Positions 39,595-48,877 are shown, counted from the first letter of the stretch. The stretch: DNA of 64,000 nt from a virus (IMGVR_UViG_3300046501_000558:1-64000); one strand, 5' to 3'. Program-made: numbers and translations. The notes: generated from the sequence alone by a model not told the origin.

Positions 39595-40338
39595 ATGAAC
39601 CAATTTATACTGCAACAAGATGTCCAGCTTGAGACGAAAGGTTTCGCCGTTTTGAATGGGCTTTTGAATATTCAAAAAAAACTAGCAATCACGGGTATAC
39701 CAAAAGATAGACGTACAAAAAGTACAAACCAACGTTTTCAAAACTTCAATTTCCGAAGTATTGATGATTTTTATAATGCCATCTCACCTTTATTGGCTGA
39801 AGAAAGCATTATATGTATGCCTGATGTTCTTGAACAAACACAGACAACAATCCAAACTCCTAACGGAAGTACTCAGCGTTTTTCATTTGTAAGAGTTAAA
39901 TATACTTTTATTTCCTGTATAGATGGTTCATACAAATCAGGTGTATGTGTAGGTGAAGCTATGGACTCAGCTGATAAGTCTCTTTCGAAAGCAATGAGTA
40001 TTGCCCAAAAAACTTTTTTTGAACAAGCCTTTTCTATTCCTACGACGCCACAAGAAAATAATCGATTTTTTATGGGTAGCGAAATAGTTCAAATAAACAA
40101 TCATCAGTTATCTGAAAACAATACAATTAGTTCAAGTAGTACCTTCCCGACCCAAGAAGAATTTGATCAATTTATAAAGCTGCTAGGTGCAATAGGAAGG
40201 TCTTATCAAGCATATTTAACAAAACGTCAGTTAAGACATGAGCAGATAACGCGAGACATTCTTAGAGTAGAAACTTCTAAGATTGAAAAATATATCAATA
40301 ATCAAAATTCCAGTAATTGTGTTGCTGTGTACCAATGA
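39595..40338 (+). CDS. ERF-family ssDNA annealing protein
   Basis: NFRSIDD...PLL, GEAMDSADK...KAMS.A.K motifs. Confidence 0.85.
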   Translation: MNQFILQQDVQLETKGFAVLNGLLNIQKKLAITGIPKDRRTKSTNQRFQNFNFRSIDDFYNAISPLLAEESIICMPDVLEQTQTTIQTPNGSTQRFSFVRVKYTFISCIDGSYKSGVCVGEAMDSADKSLSKAMSIAQKTFFEQAFSIPTTPQENNRFFMGSEIVQINNHQLSENNTISSSSTFPTQEEFDQFIKLLGAIGRSYQAYLTKRQLRHEQITRDILRVETSKIEKYINNQNSSNCVAVYQ

Positions 40339-40820
40339 TCATTTTTTTATATGTGTAAATGATCATTTGCACATATGATCATAAATACATTTGATCATTT
40401 ACACGGTTGAGTGAATGATCAGTATTGGATTTGATCATTAGGAGATATGATTTTTTAGCCAATAGAGAAAATGATCAGAAGACCGAATGATCATTTAAAC
40501 AAAAGATCATATGTTGTTTTGACTTAGTGATCATTATAAGAACTGATCATTTGTGGAAATGATCTTTTATCCAAAAGTTAAATTGATCAGAAGTTCGAAT
40601 GATCATTTAAACAAAAGATCATAGGTAGTTTTGAGTTAGTGATCATTATAAAAACTGATCATTTGTGGAAATGATCTTTTATCCAAAAGTTAAATTGATC
40701 AGAAGTTCGAATGATCATTTAAACAAAAGATCATAGGTAGTTTTGAGTTAGTGATCATTAGTTAATTATTGGCTTTGTACAAAAGTGTAAATGATCACAA
40801 GTGTAAATGATCATTTGTAT
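40335..40820. repeat. TGATCA-dense array including a 112-bp direct repeat (~2.4 copies)
   Basis: Units start 40486, 40598, 40710; upstream of parA. Confidence 0.9.
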
Positions 40821-41182
40821 GTACTACCAAGGGATCTTTATTTAAGTGGAATTTTTTGGAAATAAGTTTAACTCCATAAATATGGATTATTTTCCGTCTA
40901 CCTTATTTGGAGGTGTAAAAGAACTAAAGATTTAGCGGTCATAAGTAGTTGTAAATTTAAATTGATCAAAAACATAAATGATCATATGTACAAATGATCA
41001 TTTGTAAAATTGATCTTTTGTGTAAATGAACTATTGTACAAGTGAACATAATGAGTAAAATGATTAAACCCGATGTACATGGCACTGCAAATACCTGTTT
41101 TAAAAATGCTTGTATTTGCCTAATTTGTAAAAACGTCAAAAGCAAATTGATAAGTGACTATGTAAACAATATGGATTTCCGC

Positions 41183-41818
41183 ATGAAAACAAAATATATC
41201 TCGTCGTTACAGCTAAAGGGTGGGGTTGGTAAATCAACTCTAGCTACTAACCTTGTTGGTTATTTCATCTCAAAAAAGAAAAAAGTATTAGGTATTGATG
41301 CAGATATGAAACAGGGGACTATGTTCGCATGGTCTAAAATGTTCTCTCATGAGAATTATAAATCTGTTGGTGTTCGCAACATTGATGAGTTATTAGAAGT
41401 TCTACGTGATGCTAACGGCGTTTACGATATCGTCATTACAGATCTACCTCCGCGTATTGAAGAACTTGCGAGTTCTGCACTTTTGTTTAGTGACTTAGTC
41501 TTATTGCCTGTCCCGATTTCTGCTCCCGATGTATGGGCTGCCTCTGATCTTGAAAAACTAATAACTGCTGCAAAGCAAGAGGGTGACGTTACTCTTCGTG
41601 TTGTTTGGAATAAATTTAAAACAACGAAACGAAATGTTGAAATGAAAGACGAAGTTAAAGATCTTTTAGGGCATGAAGAAATCAAACAAGTTATTTCTGA
41701 TTATATTGCTTATAGATATGTAATAGGTATTGGCTCTTGGGTGGGTGAATATACTCACCAAAAAGCTAAAGCTGAATTTTTAGAATTCTGTAAAGAAGTT
41801 GAAAAGTTAATTAAATAG
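41183..41818 (+). CDS. parA: ParA partition ATPase (short type Ib)
   Basis: KGGVGKST, IDAD.Q, DLPP; no N-terminal HTH. Confidence 0.92.
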   Translation: MKTKYISSLQLKGGVGKSTLATNLVGYFISKKKKVLGIDADMKQGTMFAWSKMFSHENYKSVGVRNIDELLEVLRDANGVYDIVITDLPPRIEELASSALLFSDLVLLPVPISAPDVWAASDLEKLITAAKQEGDVTLRVVWNKFKTTKRNVEMKDEVKDLLGHEEIKQVISDYIAYRYVIGIGSWVGEYTHQKAKAEFLEFCKEVEKLIK

Positions 41819-41828
41819 TGAGGTTGAT

Positions 41829-42095
41829 ATGACGACGACGAGGCCGAAGCCGCAATTTCAGAAACCAGGAGATGCTAACGATCGTTTTTCTAGTGCAGCT
41901 CAATTTGCTAAGTCTACAAAAGAAATTGACTCTACAACTTCTATTGTTGATGAGGGGCGCGAAAGCTGGGAGTGCCCGAACGATTTGCGCAAGCAGTTGA
42001 AGCACTTTATTGTTGACTCCAGCAAGTTTAAAACCAAAAAAGAATTTTTAAATCAATGCCTCAGAGATGGTCTGGAAAAATACCAAGGCAAATAA
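41829..42095 (+). CDS. Small partition partner (ParG-like, putative RHH)
   Basis: 88 aa directly after parA; flexible N-terminus, beta-alpha-alpha C-terminus. Confidence 0.65.
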   Translation: MTTTRPKPQFQKPGDANDRFSSAAQFAKSTKEIDSTTSIVDEGRESWECPNDLRKQLKHFIVDSSKFKTKKEFLNQCLRDGLEKYQGK

Positions 42096-42270
42096 AAAGG
42101 AACCTAGGCTGAAAACCTAGGTTTTTTTTCAATAATAGTTAATTTATACAATAATGTATTATATGCGTTTTACGCATATAGCCTAAGAAACATATGCAAT
42201 TAAAAAAATTAAAAAGATCAATCGTACATATGTACTAATGATCAAATGTAAAAAAAATCATAATGAACTT

Positions 42271-42324
42271 TGATCAAATGATCAAATGATCAAATGATCA
42301 AATGATCAAATGATCAAATGATCA
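42271..42324. repeat. Tandem (TGATCAAA) array, seven TGATCA hexamers
   Basis: Perfect 8-bp period from 42271. Confidence 0.95.
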
Positions 42325-42346
42325 TTAGTAAATTATTGATTATTAG

Positions 42347-43555
42347 CTAATTAATTACAGAACAAAACTTATTATCTAAGTAATCTGCCCACCATTGCAT
42401 CATTTTGGAACGGTGCTCAACATACTCAGCATGGTTGTATGTGCCGCGTACTTTGTTTTCGTCGGCATGTGAAAGTTGTGCTTCGATCCATTCGCGTTTA
42501 AATAATCCTGAATCATTTAGTACTGTGCTCATGGTTGCTCGTAATCCATGGGGAGATAATTCATCGTTTGTATATCCCATTCGACGTATAAGTTGACAGA
42601 AAACATTGACGCCCATTTGCTTATTTGCTTTGTAAGGGCTATTGAAAAGGTACTTTTCGCCAGCGCTCCAAGCCTCAGCTTCCTTAATAATTTCTATAAC
42701 TTGGTCTGAAAGCGGGATTAGATATTCTGGAACATTTGGATCTATAAGAGCCAGTTTTCTAAGCTGCTTTACATTCTCAGGTGGGATTCGCCAAACCTTT
42801 TTATCTAAATCAAACTGAGTTATTTGTGCTTGTCGGACTTCGGCACTTCGAACACCGGTATATGCTAAAAGTCTCAAAGCACGTTTAGTAATTGGAAATG
42901 CTTCAGCTTGTTCAAGTCGCGGACCAAAATCACTAAGCTCTGAATCTCTTAAATGCGGGTAATTACGTTTTACTGTATTGATTGCTATAAGTGATCTTAA
43001 ATTGTCTGCAAGGTTGTATTCACAGTATTCATGCAGAACGGCGAATTTATAAATATCTTTAAGATAAGTACATGTCTTTTCGACCGTATTTTTTGCTTCT
43101 CGTACTTCAATTGATCTAATTAGTTGGATTAAATCTAATTTGGTCACTTCACTAAAAGTTTTTTCTCCTAAGGCTGGCAATATGTCAAAATCAAGTGAAT
43201 TCCTAGAAGTCTTTATCATTCCAGCCCGAGGAATTTCACCAAGGTATTTTTTTTGTCGGAATGCATGCCAGCTTTCTGCCACATCTCCAAAAGTTAGAAT
43301 CTTTGGTTTAATAATAGGTTCAACGCTTTTGTTTTTTTGAAAATTGTCTCTTAATGTGCGGGCTTCTTTTAGGCTAATCTCTGGGTACATGCCAATTTTA
43401 ACAAGTGGTCGTTTTCCCGATGAATCTGTATATCTAACTTTCCATGTTTTTTTCCCAGAGATGTTAATGTATAGATATAAGCCATCACCGTCATTCACAC
43501 AGAAAACTTCTGTTGACGGTTTGAGCTGGCGTATCTTAGTTTCGGTAAGAGCCAT
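42347..43555 (-). CDS. int: Tyrosine integrase, P4-type with arm-binding domain
   Basis: MALTE...DGDGLYL N-terminus; R (GVRS), HGLR, QLSH, YNHAEY. Confidence 0.93.
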   Translation of the reverse strand: MALTETKIRQLKPSTEVFCVNDGDGLYLYINISGKKTWKVRYTDSSGKRPLVKIGMYPEISLKEARTLRDNFQKNKSVEPIIKPKILTFGDVAESWHAFRQKKYLGEIPRAGMIKTSRNSLDFDILPALGEKTFSEVTKLDLIQLIRSIEVREAKNTVEKTCTYLKDIYKFAVLHEYCEYNLADNLRSLIAINTVKRNYPHLRDSELSDFGPRLEQAEAFPITKRALRLLAYTGVRSAEVRQAQITQFDLDKKVWRIPPENVKQLRKLALIDPNVPEYLIPLSDQVIEIIKEAEAWSAGEKYLFNSPYKANKQMGVNVFCQLIRRMGYTNDELSPHGLRATMSTVLNDSGLFKREWIEAQLSHADENKVRGTYNHAEYVEHRSKMMQWWADYLDNKFCSVIN

Positions 43556-43623
43556 TTAGAAAGTAGTTAATTGTTTGACGGTATGGCTACGATATTTTAT
43601 TTTTATTCAAAATACAAGAAATC

Positions 43624-43652
43624 ATCGTGATGCTTATTATAAGCATCACGAT
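43624..43652. other. Perfect 14-1-14 inverted repeat upstream of integrase (candidate recombination core)
   Basis: atcgtgatgcttat-t-ataagcatcacgat. Confidence 0.5.
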
Positions 43653-43756
43653 CTATAGTACGACTGTTTAATATAAAGGGTTTTGTGCTGGTGTATAAAT
43701 AAAAGTAGCCGCAAAAGTTGCCAATTAATCAACGGCCACTTTTTTATCAAATTACC

Positions 43757-44467
43757 TTATGACGCGGGAGCAAGACAGAATGATAAGTAAGGATAACCAT
43801 TGTCATTTTGTGCAATGTAAGAAGCAGAAGGGTTTGCAGGTATTTCAAATGTTGAAGGCTCACTAGCGTCTACAATCTCAATTCGAATACGAACATATTT
43901 ATCAGATGTATTTTCGAAACGGGCACCTTGGGCACCATTGTAGTAACCGTTAACGTTTGCCACTGGTTGCCATGCAGCATCTACAGCTGTAAGAACTACA
44001 CCATGAACGTTCATTAGGTAATTTTTAAAATCATCACCTCTAAATATTCTAGTATTAGAGAATTGATCGTCATTCACGTATAAGAAATAAGTACCTCCAT
44101 CTGAAAGAATTTGTGCCCCCATTCTTGAAGTGGCATTAGCACAACCGATAGGTATTACCGTATCGCCATTATTACCTGTATTTCCGTTATTGATGGGTTC
44201 TCCATTTACTCGCAATACTTGAATGCTCGGTATATTGGTATCAAGTGCATCTTGTACGGCGACATAATCTAGATTTTTAGGATCAAAGCCAAGCATACCG
44301 CGAATGTTTGCTTTAGTAATAGTCATTGGTCGATCTAAGCGACCACGCTTAAACTTACCGATCAGAATATTATTAATTGATGCGGATCCTGTAGAACCTG
44401 TTTTGTCTGTAACGCCCTGGTATTGGATACCGGGTTCGTTGCCTAAAATTGATGTGATTTGTGGCAT
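43757..44467 (-). CDS. Virion protein with tail-sheath-like N-terminal domain and distinct C-terminal domain
   Basis: IGKFKRGRLD.P..IT..N motif; late promoter upstream. Confidence 0.6.
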   Translation of the reverse strand: MPQITSILGNEPGIQYQGVTDKTGSTGSASINNILIGKFKRGRLDRPMTITKANIRGMLGFDPKNLDYVAVQDALDTNIPSIQVLRVNGEPINNGNTGNNGDTVIPIGCANATSRMGAQILSDGGTYFLYVNDDQFSNTRIFRGDDFKNYLMNVHGVVLTAVDAAWQPVANVNGYYNGAQGARFENTSDKYVRIRIEIVDASEPSTFEIPANPSASYIAQNDNGYPYLSFCLAPAS

Positions 44468-44711
44468 AAGTTTTACCTCTGTTTTTTTTGTATTTTGAGG
44501 TAGTTCTTTTGAGCTGATTTATTAAAATTCCTTATAAAAAAGAGGGTAGGACCCTCTTGAGAGATGCACAAAAAATACTATATTTTAATAAGTTGCCCCA
44601 TCTTATTTACCACATTAAAAGTAATTTTTCCGATCGTAGCCCCTTCGGTGCCATTAGTCATTCTATAAGTCATTGAGGTTCTGGCTCTCCTGGTTGTAGT
44701 TCAGGTTGCGG

Positions 44712-45014
44712 CTAGGGATCTTCTGGGAAAAATTGTTCGGTATAAATGCGTAAAACTGATATTTCAGCGATCCCATTATCTAGAGCATCATGAACGGCAA
44801 CGTAATCAGGATTCCAAGGCTCATGACCTAATACGGCGCGAACATTGGCTTTTGTCACTTTCATTGGCGTATCAAGACGACCGCGTTTAAATTTTCCAAT
44901 AAAGACATTGTTAATAGGAGCTTTAGGGGCGTTATCATCGATAACGTTTACCCCATTGTTTTGAATTCCTGATTCGTTTTGAAGATAGGTAGTTATATGA
45001 GCCATGATTATCAA
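44712..45014 (-). CDS. Truncated paralogue of 43757..44467
   Basis: Aligns by eye with first ~90 aa of downstream gene; Pro-rich linker continues past TAG. Confidence 0.65.
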   Translation of the reverse strand: MIIMAHITTYLQNESGIQNNGVNVIDDNAPKAPINNVFIGKFKRGRLDTPMKVTKANVRAVLGHEPWNPDYVAVHDALDNGIAEISVLRIYTEQFFPEDP

Positions 45015-45050
45015 ATAAATGAGCCCTGCAATTCAGGGCTTTAAAAATAA

Positions 45051-45662
45051 TTAAGATACAAAAAGCTGTTTCTCTGCAGTACGGCGGTTTGCTAAACCTT
45101 CCACCTTTCTGCCTGCATCAAACACCCAGCGATCAAACTGTTCAGCTGCGGCGCGACCTTGATTTGCATTGATCAAGCGTAGCATCGTACTTTTGGTAAA
45201 TTGGGTTTCACCCACGTTATAGACAAAGCTTGCTAGTGCATCGAATTGATTTTGTGTAATGCTTACAGTCACATATCGATCAAGACATGCATCAACCCAT
45301 TTACAATCATTAATAAGCCATTGTGTCGCTTGATCTTCTGTACATGTGTCGCCCTGTTTTACTGAACGGCCATCAGGATATTTAATAGTACCGAAGCCAA
45401 TAGTCCAAACATTGCCTGTATCCAAATATGCGCTTGCTCGAAAGCCTTCTAACTTTTTGATTAGTGCATAACCTTTAGGTGAGATATCTCGAGAACCTGA
45501 AACACCGTTTAGCGTAAAGCTAATTGATTTAGCAAAAGTCTCTAAACCTACGGCTGCAATAATTTGGTCGCTTGCCGTAACCTGATCATGTGTTAATACT
45601 CCGCCAGACATGGCTTTTAACCACGAAAAAGCTGCAGCAATTTGCTCTTTATTTCCGTTCAT
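45051..45662 (-). CDS. Endolysin, GH24 lysozyme
   Basis: EGFRASAYLDTGNVWTIGFGT catalytic E-D-T triad; GLANRR.AE. Confidence 0.93.
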   Translation of the reverse strand: MNGNKEQIAAAFSWLKAMSGGVLTHDQVTASDQIIAAVGLETFAKSISFTLNGVSGSRDISPKGYALIKKLEGFRASAYLDTGNVWTIGFGTIKYPDGRSVKQGDTCTEDQATQWLINDCKWVDACLDRYVTVSITQNQFDALASFVYNVGETQFTKSTMLRLINANQGRAAAEQFDRWVFDAGRKVEGLANRRTAEKQLFVS

Positions 45663-45919
45663 AAGTCGCATCCTTCCAATTTTTTAAAATAAGTAGCTAG
45701 GAAGTGAATAAATAACGTAACTAGCAGAACTAAAAATATGAAAGTTCCAAGTAGATTTTTATTTGCAATGAAGCTACATGAGGAAAGGATTGTTAAAACA
45801 ATGATCCAACTTCTTTTACAGCTGGCCGTATATAAAATATGGTCGGGTAAAAAAGTACATATACCTGTGATGAGAATAATCGTTAAACAAATAACGTTTT
45901 TAAGTGTGAAAAAGTCCAT
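45659..45919 (-). CDS. Holin-like membrane protein
   Basis: 86 aa, three hydrophobic helices, next to endolysin. Confidence 0.6.
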   Translation of the reverse strand: MDFFTLKNVICLTIILITGICTFLPDHILYTASCKRSWIIVLTILSSCSFIANKNLLGTFIFLVLLVTLFIHFLATYFKKLEGCDL

Positions 45920-45921
45920 GA

Positions 45922-46416
45922 TTAAGCCTCATCACGAAAGGTTTTTTTGATTCTTTCTAGATCTTCTTCAGTTACACCTGTTTTCTCTTCTGCTTTTTTG
46001 ATCATTGCAGCGTGGAATAAATGAATAATTGCAGGTGAAACGAAAGAAACGCCAGCTACCCAAAAAATGACACCAGTTGTAATTTCATTCTCTGAATGGA
46101 TGTAATACACGAATGCAATAAAACCACAGGTGATAGAGATGAGTAATTTTATTGGCTTAGGTATTGGCTTTGCGCCGTATTGTGGCGTAGGAAAGAAGTA
46201 ACCGATTGTTGAGCCTAAGATCAATACAATCACGCAAGCCACAGTCAGAATAAAATCACTATGGCTTGCGGTAGATTCTCGAAGGACTTCATTTGTTAGC
46301 AATGAAGCTGTTTTAGTGTCCTTGTTGAAGGCTGCAAAAGCAGCCTCGGTACAAGGGAGAAATAACCAGACGATGCGCCAAAGCAATGCACTGATTAGTT
46401 TTAAATTGTCGCTCAT
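45922..46416 (-). CDS. Holin/antiholin-like membrane protein
   Basis: Multiple TM helices, charged C-terminus, lysis cassette. Confidence 0.6.
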   Translation of the reverse strand: MSDNLKLISALLWRIVWLFLPCTEAAFAAFNKDTKTASLLTNEVLRESTASHSDFILTVACVIVLILGSTIGYFFPTPQYGAKPIPKPIKLLISITCGFIAFVYYIHSENEITTGVIFWVAGVSFVSPAIIHLFHAAMIKKAEEKTGVTEEDLERIKKTFRDEA

Positions 46417-46427
46417 TATTAGCTCGC

Positions 46428-46694
46428 TTATCTGTAATTCGTTAAAAGTCGAATTAATTCAGCGTTCATTTGAGCATTCTTCTTATCTTCCTCTTTTTTA
46501 ACCTTCCACGCCTCTGACGCATAATATTCATCAATAAAGTTAAAAGGCAGATCTAAAACAGCATCTAAGTTGATATTACTATCAATACTAAACTGTTGTA
46601 TTTTCCTCCACCATGATTTCAAAAAGCCGTTTTGCTGGTCCCGTGATTGCAGAATTAATGCGAAATCGAACGGGTGCATCATCTGTACCCCCAT
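46428..46694 (-). CDS. Small tail/baseplate assembly protein overlapping upstream gene
   Basis: 107-bp out-of-frame overlap; start uncertain. Confidence 0.5.
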   Translation of the reverse strand: MGVQMMHPFDFALILQSRDQQNGFLKSWWRKIQQFSIDSNINLDAVLDLPFNFIDEYYASEAWKVKKEEDKKNAQMNAELIRLLTNYR

Positions 46695-47307
46695 TAATCT
46701 TGTTTAATACAATTCCTTTGTAATAACTGATATTTACAAGAGTTTGCAGCTGCTCTTCTAAATTGCGAAATTTATAAATTAATTCGTTTAAAACTGGCTG
46801 ATCAAGTTCATTTAATATATCAATTCGGTTTTTGATCATCTTGCCTGTATTGCCGACATCTTTTAATAGATCTGGTCGGATTGGTGGAAGTTCATCGCAA
46901 CCAATTTGCATGCTCATGGCTCCTAAGATCCAATCCGCTGAATTTTCACAGCCAATTTCTAAAGCCTCTGCTTCAATACCTGTTAAATGTCTAACTTGAA
47001 TATTATCGTCTTCAATTGGATCTCGTTTAAAAACACTCAGATCAGAATGAAGGAATTGCTTAATATCGATCGACTCATCAATGTTTTTATCTTCAATAGC
47101 ATCTAAGTAGGTTAGAAGGATTGCGTAACGCTCTTGAGTTGTTAGAGCACGGGCATTAACGTCTGAGCCTATGATTGCACCCAAACCCCGAGTAAGCATA
47201 GCTTCGAAGTGCGTTGATTTGAGTTTTGCCATATCTTGAATGACACTATTTTTTAAGTGATTAAATTTATAGTTGCGATTCGCAATAGACTCTTGCATGA
47301 AGCTCAT
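46588..47307 (-). CDS. Tail/baseplate assembly chaperone-like protein
   Basis: LT.QERY and RHLTG.EAEALE motifs; late operon. Confidence 0.5.
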   Translation of the reverse strand: MSFMQESIANRNYKFNHLKNSVIQDMAKLKSTHFEAMLTRGLGAIIGSDVNARALTTQERYAILLTYLDAIEDKNIDESIDIKQFLHSDLSVFKRDPIEDDNIQVRHLTGIEAEALEIGCENSADWILGAMSMQIGCDELPPIRPDLLKDVGNTGKMIKNRIDILNELDQPVLNELIYKFRNLEEQLQTLVNISYYKGIVLNKINGGTDDAPVRFRINSAITGPAKRLFEIMVEENTTV

Positions 47308-47310
47308 AAG

Positions 47311-48087
47311 TTACCCCAAATAAAGTTTAGAAATATTGTTTTTATCCCAAGCTTCTCGGCTCAAGAAATTGACAGGTATCGTGACAAACATTCGATTCCC
47401 TTCAGAATCCTTGGGCATGGTTAAAGATTCTGAATAGGTCTGAATAAGTAGTGGTGCATATCTTTTACCGCCGTAATACAAGGCAACGAACGGTGGAACT
47501 AGAGAAGGAAATAGTGATTCAAGTGTTTTTTCTTGCGCAAAGCTTGATAAAAGCGATTGGTCACTTAGATACTCTGGTAAGGACCACTGTTTTAATACAT
47601 CTAATTGATCTTCTACTTCAGCCTTTGCATCTTCCCATGTCTCAAAATACAGGGTGAATGGAATGCTCACAGGATTTGTTGATGTGTAAATTTGCGTAGA
47701 GTTTTCTTTAGTTAAGTTGCTACGGCCAGCGAGTGAATTTAATTTTTCTTTAGTCGTATCACTCATATCAAAACCAACTGTGCCGAGTACAGTATCAAGT
47801 GTATCGGCCCAATTACCAGACTGCAGCTGTCCCATCATAGTAGGAAACTTTTGCTCGGGATTCGAGTTTTCAAATGGTGATGAGTACTGATTATCAATAT
47901 TCAGTTCACCATCTAAACCCAATGCTGTTACTTGATCGGCTTCACCTTCGATTAGGTTGCCTTTGTTGTCACAACGGCGGATCCTAACTAATAGATGGTC
48001 GTTTATAGATCCAAAATTAGATGAGTTTTTATATTGGGTTGATTCTTTGGGCGTGTTTTCAGGTTCAACTGGTGGATTATAAGCCAT
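47311..48087 (-). CDS. Baseplate/tail tube initiator-like protein
   Basis: 258 aa; PPFVAL.YGG..Y.PL.I...S..L..P.D..GNR pattern; late promoter. Confidence 0.6.
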   Translation of the reverse strand: MAYNPPVEPENTPKESTQYKNSSNFGSINDHLLVRIRRCDNKGNLIEGEADQVTALGLDGELNIDNQYSSPFENSNPEQKFPTMMGQLQSGNWADTLDTVLGTVGFDMSDTTKEKLNSLAGRSNLTKENSTQIYTSTNPVSIPFTLYFETWEDAKAEVEDQLDVLKQWSLPEYLSDQSLLSSFAQEKTLESLFPSLVPPFVALYYGGKRYAPLLIQTYSESLTMPKDSEGNRMFVTIPVNFLSREAWDKNNISKLYLG

Positions 48088-48160
48088 GATGCACCGATAA
48101 AATGAATAATTAAACCCATCTTATCGGCTAACAAACTGAGGTTTTTATTAAGATTCCATT

Positions 48161-48496
48161 CTATTTTTTAACATAGTTTGGAAAGGCTTTTAAAATATCT
48201 TTGCATAATTGGGCTTTAGGTGTTTCATCTTCGCGTTCTTCGAACTGACTAATACCAAATTTCAAAACTTCTTCAGTGTACTTATCGCCTAGCTCATGTC
48301 TTGAACATTTACCAACATCATGCATGAATTCTTTTGAATAATACCGATATTTACATTCATATTGTGCGCGGCTTAAAAAACCATGTAGTGCTACAATTTG
48401 CTCACAATATGTTGGCTCTTCCCCGTTTTTAGGTGCCAGCGCATATACTGATGTTCCAATGAATAAAGTACAAACCATAATTAAGAATTTACGCAT
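48161..48496 (-). CDS. Secreted small Cys-containing protein
   Basis: Signal peptide ending VYA; four Cys in mature part. Confidence 0.7.
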   Translation of the reverse strand: MRKFLIMVCTLFIGTSVYALAPKNGEEPTYCEQIVALHGFLSRAQYECKYRYYSKEFMHDVGKCSRHELGDKYTEEVLKFGISQFEEREDETPKAQLCKDILKAFPNYVKK

Positions 48497-48636
48497 TATT
48501 TTCCCCGATAAAATTATTAGAAAGTAATAGTGATAATGTTGCGGGGCGTATTAAATAATAATTGTTTTTAAGTGTCTATTAATAAAAGAAAAAGAGGGGA
48601 ATTCCCCTCTTTCTAATGAATACTAAGTCACAAAAT

Positions 48637-48846
48637 CTAATTTATTACCTCTGTGACATACTTCATTTCCCAAGTTGGATGAAAAAATTTTGATTTATTT
48701 TCACCATCAAGTTTTATTGTTAAATGCATTGTGCCATCTTTACGTGTGCCAGTGATAACACCCGGTTTACCTGATGCAACTACATGCATGCCGCGCTTTG
48801 CGGGTACGCCGTACATTTTACGGATTGCTTCCATTGTGCCTTTCAT
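48637..48846 (-). CDS. Small phage protein
   Basis: IR..YGVPAKRG..V...G..G.I.G...HPTW conserved phage pattern. Confidence 0.75.
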   Translation of the reverse strand: MKGTMEAIRKMYGVPAKRGMHVVASGKPGVITGTRKDGTMHLTIKLDGENKSKFFHPTWEMKYVTEVIN

Positions 48847-48877
48847 AACATTCCCCTAATAATTTATGTCACCCTAA

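Noticed and set aside
40486-40760. 112-bp repeats as a CRISPR-like array
   Set aside because: Whole units repeat, with no variable spacer
40846-40890. GTGGAA as another late promoter
   Set aside because: No ANNAT hexamer at the conserved spacing
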